Translations under genes and position numbers: made by a program
Origin: an uncultured Actinomycetes bacterium
GTDB lineage: Bacteria > Actinomycetota > Actinomycetes > Nanopelagicales > Nanopelagicaceae
Assembly (NCBI GenBank): GCA_964394375.1
Contig: CAYMVX010000001.1
Location: 1 to 47,657, forward strand
Direction of reading: 5' to 3'
Length of the DNA: 47,657 nt
Shown: positions 47,589 to 47,657 of the stretch, in pieces
Position numbering within the stretch: position 1 is the first letter of the stretch
Layout: each line of letters opens with the position of its first letter
Notes under the pieces: model-generated
The model's input: the letters and a program-made list of their open reading frames with translations, nothing else
Database searches by the model: none
Told to the model about the DNA's origin: nothing

Positions 47589-47657
47589 ATGAACAAGAAG
47601 ATCCAACGCGGTCTTGCCGTTGCGACTGCTGCAGCTCTCGCATTCGGTGTTGCAGTG
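47589..47657 (+). CDS. 5' end of a secreted or lipid-anchored protein (partial, runs off the window)
   Basis: ATG preceded by GAAAGG with a 6-nt spacer. MNKKIQRGLAVATAAALAFGVAV is a typical Sec signal peptide n- and h-region. Only 23 codons are visible. Confidence 0.45.
   Translation, partial: MNKKIQRGLAVATAAALAFGVAV

Noticed and set aside
1-47657. Looked for CRISPR repeats, IS or transposase/integrase genes, toxin-antitoxin or defence modules, and an island adjacent to the tRNA.
   Set aside because: None found. Every ORF longer than 60 aa on the coding strand belongs to a conserved housekeeping family in conserved actinobacterial order. The tRNA is flanked directly by pyk and pdtaR.

Overview
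This is a core-genome window with the standard actinobacterial gene order, and every ORF is intact.

**Gene content, in order:**
- dinB and a DUF3040 membrane protein.
- The complete division/cell-wall (dcw) cluster mraZ-rsmH-ftsL-ftsI-murE-murF-mraY-murD-ftsW-murG-murC-ftsQ-ftsZ-pgeF-yggS-sepF-yggT (1763-18191, + strand).
- Convergent ileS on the - strand.
- A 17.7-kb + strand gene train: a histone-H1-like/DksA-like fusion protein, lspA, rluD, dnaE, hisDCBHAFI, trpE, a 54-aa membrane ORF, trpCBA, a DsbA-like oxidoreductase, lgt and a VIT1/CCC1 transporter.
- gltBD, pyk, one tRNA, the ANTAR response regulator pdtaR, and the first 23 codons of a secreted protein.

**Overall character:** By eye the sequence is AT-richer than typical Actinobacteria (not computed). 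It is very compact, with many ATGA/GTGA/TTGA start-stop overlaps. That suggests a streamlined lineage, for example a freshwater Nanopelagicales-like one, but this is inference only. I found no mobile elements, CRISPR arrays, defence/toxin modules or accessory island. I therefore do not claim a novel multi-gene system.

**What stands out:**
1. A well-folded 73-nt tRNA has anticodon CAA and a tRNA-Leu-type D arm but only a 5-nt variable loop. That is class I architecture, which is atypical for bacterial tRNA-Leu.
2. The pdtaR start codon lies 1 nt after that tRNA's discriminator base. tRNA 3' processing would therefore release an essentially leaderless mRNA.
3. The conserved N-terminal third of lspA is in frame but has no ATG/GTG/TTG start available.
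4. A TANNNT-N6/7-start architecture with C-rich spacers and no Shine-Dalgarno recurs at ileS, hisD, dinB, DUF3040, sepF, dnaE, trpB and the VIT gene.
5. An unusually long, helically phased array of MraZ-type GTGG boxes lies upstream of mraZ.
6. Smaller items: a GTHH variant of the IleRS HIGH motif, no divIVA at its usual position, a translationally coupled 54-aa ORF between trpE and trpC, and a structured leader downstream of pdtaR.
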